IMG/VR virus record: IMGVR_UViG_3300033406_000020
Coordinates: 1 to 38,306 of that record
From: a virus
Lineage: Duplodnaviria > Caudoviricetes
Reading direction: 5' to 3' (one strand)
Length of the DNA stretch: 38,306 nt
A program made the position numbers and the translations under genes. Of this stretch, positions 34,162 through 38,306 are shown piece after piece (the first letter of the stretch is position 1; every line of letters starts with the position of its first letter). The notes under the pieces are model-generated. The model was not told the DNA's origin, made no database searches, and worked only from the letters and a program-made list of their open reading frames with translations.

Positions 34162-36524
34162 CCTACACCCCCCGCCAAGATTACGACCCCGAAGCCCTGG
34201 CCAAGTCGTTCCAGATGATCGGCCTCGACTATGCCGCCGCCTCGCCGACCAACCCCCGCAAGCACTTCGACCCCGTAGCGCTGGCCGAGCTGACCGAGAG
34301 CATCCGGAAGCGCGGCGTGTTGCAGCCGATCCTCTGCCGCATCTGGCCGCTCAGCTACGAGCAGCCGGCACCGCTGACCACTTACGAGATCATCGCCGGC
34401 GAGCGCCGCTGGCGGGCCGCCAAGGCGGCCGGGCTGACCATGATCGAGGCCAAGGTCGTCGAAATGAGCGATGCCGAAGTGGTCGAGATCCAGATCATCG
34501 AGAACCTGCAGCGCGAAGACCTGCACCCGCTGGAAGAGGCCGAAGGCTACAGCCGCTTGATGACCGAGCACGGCTACACCGCCGAACACCTGGCGGAAAC
34601 GATCAGCAAGAGCCGCAGCTACATCTTTGGCCGCCTCAAGCTGCTCGCCCTGGATGACGACGCCCGCCGCCTGTTCGTGGCCGGCAAGCTCAACCCCTCC
34701 ACCGCCCTGCTCGTCGCCCGCATCCCGACCACCACGTTGCGCGCCAAGGCGATCGCGGAAATCACCGCGCCAGATTACAACCTCGACACCATGTCGGTCC
34801 GTGCTGCCCATCGGCACATCAAGAGCCGCTACATGCTGGAGCTGGGCAAGGCACCATTCCCCATCGACGATGCCACGCTGACCAAGGCCGGCACCTGTGC
34901 CACCTGCCCCCAGCGCACCGGCAACGCGCCCGATATTTTCGAGGACGTGGATAGTCCTGACGTCTGCACTAACCCGGATTGCTTCGTCGAAAAGAAGATC
35001 GCCTTCCGCGACCACGAAGCCGAGAAGGTCAAGGCCGCCGGCGGCACCGTCATCATCGGCGACGAGGCGAAGAAGATCACGGGCGGCTACTCGGTCGATA
35101 GCTACACCACGGCCAAGCACTACACCCCGCTCGATAAGACCTGTTACGACGACCCGGAAAAACGCACCTTCGCCGAGATCCTGGGCGAAGCGGCCGACCC
35201 CGTCATGCTCGAAGACACCGTCAAGCAGACGCTGGTCCCGGTGATCGACAACAAGGTGCTGGCCGAGAAGCTGCAGGCCGCCGGCGTCAAGCTACGCGCC
35301 GAGGAAGAAAGCAAGGCCCGGGCGAAGGTCGACGCCAAGATCAAGATCGAGCGCGCCACCCGCCAGCGGATGTTCGAGATGGTGCGCGAGAACGTCACCG
35401 AGATCGCCAATGATGACGGCGGCTTTGCCTACAGCGTTCAGCATTACCTCTTCAAGCGCATGGTCCTGCGCCTGTGGGAGCGCCTGTATTCCGACACCCA
35501 GCCCGCCATCGCCAACCTTTGGGGCGCCAGCGGCAAGAACAACACCGAGCGCGTGCAGAACTTCGGCCTGCTCATCCCGACCCTGACCACCGAGCAATGC
35601 TGGACGCTGGCTACCGACATCCTCCTGATCTCCGGCACCAACGTAACCAGCGAATGGGATCTCGAACACGGCGGCAAGCAACTGATCGAGGTGGCCAGCC
35701 AGTTCGATATCGACCACGGCGAAACCAGCAAGGCCATCCAGGCCGAACTGAAAGCGAAGGAGCAGGAAGCCAAGCCTACCCGGAAAACGCCTAAAAAAGA
35801 GGCAAAATCTACCCCGCCGGCCACTACTGCGGAGGCTCTTCCCCCCTTAAAAGCTGCGCAGGCGGGGGATTCGGACCGCGAAAAAGCTGCGCAGGCGAGC
35901 GAGACAAGCGCCCGGAAAAGCGGAACGGCCAAGGCGAAAAGCGAAACACCGCCGGCTGGTGCCGGCCTTATCGAGATGGACGCAAAACAATCCCCGAGCG
36001 ACGAGCCCGGCTACAAAGCAGGCGACTATATCAAGGTCAAGATGACGGCGAAGAACTGGCGCGCCGCCGGCCAGGAAGGCGTCATTACCGAGGTCGTTGA
36101 GGCCACGCAGCTTTTGGGCAAGGGCTATAAGGTCAAGTATGGCCCGCTAAGCATGGAATCCGCCGGCGTGGCTGAAAGCGAGATTGACGGCCGCCTAACC
36201 GCCGGCAAAAAACCCGTCTGGCTGAAAGAAGAGCAATCAAGCGCCTCTGACGAGGCGAACGAAAAAGCCCCCGCTGGCCAACCGTTCGCCATCGGCGACC
36301 AGGTGCGCGTCCGCCTGGATGCGCACCGAGAAGGCTACAAGATGTCAGCCGCCGGCATTACCGGCGAGGTGATCGAGCTGCACTACGATGGCGACATCGT
36401 GGTCGACCTGATCGATGGCTTTGGCGAGCAAGTGTTCTCAGCCGAGGATCTGGAGCCCGTCACCGAGCCAGACCCAAACCGTTGTGACAAGACCATCGAT
36501 ATGTTTCAGGGAGCAGCAGCATGA
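34158..36524 (+). CDS. Large ParB/RepB/Spo0J-family protein
   Basis: GVLQPIL, IIAGERRWRAA, IENLQREDLHPLEEA, an HTH, a CxxC...CxxxxC cluster and two C-terminal KOW/SH3-like repeats. Confidence 0.88.
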   Translation: MTYTPRQDYDPEALAKSFQMIGLDYAAASPTNPRKHFDPVALAELTESIRKRGVLQPILCRIWPLSYEQPAPLTTYEIIAGERRWRAAKAAGLTMIEAKVVEMSDAEVVEIQIIENLQREDLHPLEEAEGYSRLMTEHGYTAEHLAETISKSRSYIFGRLKLLALDDDARRLFVAGKLNPSTALLVARIPTTTLRAKAIAEITAPDYNLDTMSVRAAHRHIKSRYMLELGKAPFPIDDATLTKAGTCATCPQRTGNAPDIFEDVDSPDVCTNPDCFVEKKIAFRDHEAEKVKAAGGTVIIGDEAKKITGGYSVDSYTTAKHYTPLDKTCYDDPEKRTFAEILGEAADPVMLEDTVKQTLVPVIDNKVLAEKLQAAGVKLRAEEESKARAKVDAKIKIERATRQRMFEMVRENVTEIANDDGGFAYSVQHYLFKRMVLRLWERLYSDTQPAIANLWGASGKNNTERVQNFGLLIPTLTTEQCWTLATDILLISGTNVTSEWDLEHGGKQLIEVASQFDIDHGETSKAIQAELKAKEQEAKPTRKTPKKEAKSTPPATTAEALPPLKAAQAGDSDREKAAQASETSARKSGTAKAKSETPPAGAGLIEMDAKQSPSDEPGYKAGDYIKVKMTAKNWRAAGQEGVITEVVEATQLLGKGYKVKYGPLSMESAGVAESEIDGRLTAGKKPVWLKEEQSSASDEANEKAPAGQPFAIGDQVRVRLDAHREGYKMSAAGITGEVIELHYDGDIVVDLIDGFGEQVFSAEDLEPVTEPDPNRCDKTIDMFQGAAA

Positions 36525-36790
36525 CCACGCCAAAAGCAACTGAAGTTCCAGCCCTCACCCTGCAGCAGACCGCCATTCTCGATACCAAGCAGCTTCTGGC
36601 CTACATCAAGCCGATCTCGGTCAAGACCTACTGGTCTATTGTCGCCAAGGACCCACGCTTCCCGAAGCCGATCATGGGCGGCGCCGGCGCCAAGGCACTG
36701 CATAGCCGCGAGCTGGTCGACCTCTACTTGAAAGAAGTCGGGCGGACCGGGTTCATTTACCCAACTGAGGCCGAGCGCGATGCTGCGTAA
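36521..36790 (+). CDS. Excisionase / AlpA-like recombination directionality factor
   Basis: ISVKTYWSIVAKDPRFPKPI; last early gene, convergent with the integrase. Confidence 0.75.
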   Translation: MTTPKATEVPALTLQQTAILDTKQLLAYIKPISVKTYWSIVAKDPRFPKPIMGGAGAKALHSRELVDLYLKEVGRTGFIYPTEAERDAA

Positions 36791-37979
36791 CAGCCTGGCC
36801 AAGGCGCTCGCCCCACCACGCCAGCACCTTGGCCATCCCCTTCTCGGCCTGTGCCCGCGTGTAGTGCGCCTGAACACCTTGCACACCATGGTCAAGTACA
36901 TCCTCGACCCAGCGCTCGGAAAAAAGCGGGCGGCCATCTTCGTCGGCAGCATCGTTCGCCAAGGTCTTCAAGGCCGATCGCCAACCGTGGGGCGTCGCCA
37001 CCCGACGAAACCCCAGGCGCTGGAATGCCTGGGAAAACGCTTCCACTGTAATGCAGTCAGACTCGCCATGCCGGGGCGGGAATAGCCAGTCCGAATCGCG
37101 CGGGATCTTGCGCAGCAGCTCGATAGCGACCGCCGGCAATATCAACCGCTGGTCATATGGTTTCTTCTCGATATCCGATGTCTTCATCCGCGCCCGTGGA
37201 ATCGTCCAGGTGCCGGCATCGAAGTCAAACTCTTCCCACTTAGCCAGGGCAATCTCTCCGGAGCGCTGCGCCGTATAGGCCTGCAGCAGCAAAGCCCAAC
37301 GAGTGGTTGGGTAAAGCGCCGACGTCTCGATCCTGTGCAGCAGGTCGCCCAGACCGGCCCAGTCGGTAATCGCCGGCAGTTTCTCTGTCCTCACCGGCTT
37401 TTCAGAGGCCTTCAATTTCTCTCGCAGCACCTTCGCCGCATTGGCTTCCAGCTTGATGTCATGCGAGGCATAGCTCAGCACCTGGCCGACCAGTTGCAGG
37501 ACCTTTGGCGCGAGCTTGGGCCGCACCGATCGAACCGTGGCCAGCGCCTGCTCGACATCGACCGAGCGGATTTCTTGGATCGGCATCGACCACAGCCCCG
37601 ATCCGGCAATATGATTCAGCATCCGCGCCTTGGCTTGAACAGCCGTCGCAGCTGACCACTTCGAGTTTTTAGCCCCCGTCACTGCCCGGTAGAAATCCTC
37701 CCAGGCAACCTCGAAAGTCACCTGATTACTCGACTGGCTAGCACCGAGCCCACGCAACGCATAGGCCCGAGCCCGAACATCCTGCAGCCAGTCCTGGGTG
37801 ACCTCACCGGTCAACGTTGCGACCTTCTCATCGCTTTCCTTGCCTTCGCGCTTGACTCGCTGCCAGGCAGTGAGGCTGCCATCCTTGTTTCGACGAAACG
37901 ACAGCGCCAAGCCATCAGTCATCTTGCCCGGCGTCTTTCGGCGATTCAGGATCGATGCCGACAACTTGTACCCAGCCAT
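36753..37979 (-). CDS. int: Tyrosine integrase
   Basis: Catalytic R (TAQRSGE), K (RMK), HxxR (HGWRS), H (LDHG) and Y (AHYT); next to the att site. Confidence 0.95.
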   Translation of the reverse strand: MAGYKLSASILNRRKTPGKMTDGLALSFRRNKDGSLTAWQRVKREGKESDEKVATLTGEVTQDWLQDVRARAYALRGLGASQSSNQVTFEVAWEDFYRAVTGAKNSKWSAATAVQAKARMLNHIAGSGLWSMPIQEIRSVDVEQALATVRSVRPKLAPKVLQLVGQVLSYASHDIKLEANAAKVLREKLKASEKPVRTEKLPAITDWAGLGDLLHRIETSALYPTTRWALLLQAYTAQRSGEIALAKWEEFDFDAGTWTIPRARMKTSDIEKKPYDQRLILPAVAIELLRKIPRDSDWLFPPRHGESDCITVEAFSQAFQRLGFRRVATPHGWRSALKTLANDAADEDGRPLFSERWVEDVLDHGVQGVQAHYTRAQAEKGMAKVLAWWGERLGQAVTQHRARPQLGK

Positions 37980-38124
37980 GCCATTCCCTTTTTTTCTGAA
38001 CTCGCCACCGGAAAGCAGGGTATTCCCCGTCTATTCCCTTTTCTTGCGCGTAGTCAGTTTATAAGAGATTTGACAGGCGTAAAACACAAAGCCGTTAGAA
38101 GCACCTTTTCACGGGGCTACGGAC

Positions 38125-38150
38125 AAAAAGAAAGGGGCCAAATGGCCCCT
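38125..38150 (-). terminator. Phage-supplied terminator downstream of the host protease gene
   Basis: AGGGGCC-ATTT-GGCCCCT followed by TTCTTTTT on the minus strand. Confidence 0.75.
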
Positions 38151-38173
38151 GTTCTGTGATTGATTTGGAATGG

Positions 38174-38305
38174 CTATTGGCCATTTAAACCCTTGATTGT
38201 GACAAAAGTCTGCATTTCACCGCGCCGGACCAGCAAGGTAACGCTACTCCCCTTGTCGAACTGAGCCAGCAACTTGTTGAACTGCTCGACGGAACGAAGC
38301 TCAGT
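38174..38305 (-). CDS. Host DegP/MucD-family serine protease, C-terminal PDZ end (partial)
   Basis: Manual translation TELRSVEQFNKLLAQFDKGSSVTLLVRRGEMQTFVTIKGLNGQ*, a typical PDZ2 tail (LLVRRG). Confidence 0.75.
   Translation of the reverse strand, partial: TELRSVEQFNKLLAQFDKGSSVTLLVRRGEMQTFVTIKGLNGQ
38181..38197 (+). repeat. att core, right junction
   Basis: CCATTTAAACCCTTGAT, identical to 110-126. Confidence 0.93.
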
Positions 38306-38306
38306 G

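Larger units (their letters stand above)
110..38197. mobile_element. Complete integrated temperate prophage (lambda-like head/cos, long non-contractile tail), about 38.07 kb
   Basis: 17-bp direct repeats at both ends, integrase and xis, and full immunity, replication, packaging, head, tail and lysis modules. Host genes flank both sides. Confidence 0.95.

Noticed and set aside
38198-38306. tRNA or tmRNA as the integration target
   Set aside because: The flank translates as a PDZ-protease C-terminus, and no tRNA structure was seen.

Overview
The window is essentially one complete, integrated temperate siphovirus-type prophage of about 38.07 kb, bounded by a perfect 17-bp att core (CCATTTAAACCCTTGAT, 110-126 and 38181-38197). 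It sits in the overlap between the 3' end of a host DegP/MucD-type protease gene and the start of a glutaredoxin-like gene. A GC-rich betaproteobacterial host is inferred. The minus strand carries cro, cII, a primase-helicase, a palindromic repeat array (probable ori), a gpZ-like gene, a lambda-like cos, terminase, a Mor/C-like activator, portal, a fused protease-major capsid protein, an SGNH-domain protein, tail genes and a lysis cassette. The plus strand carries repressors and an early operon ending in xis, convergent with a tyrosine integrase. The standout element is a diversity-generating retroelement (avd, TR, RT) inside the early operon. It mutagenises two tandem small DUF1566/CLec-like proteins rather than a tail fibre, its TR lies inside the RT reading frame, and one variable region carries a 2-nt frameshift. 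Second, an exact 21-bp motif occurs three times at a fixed distance from -10-like hexamers and start codons, suggesting activator-dependent leaderless late promoters. Family assignments come from motif recognition by eye, not database searches.
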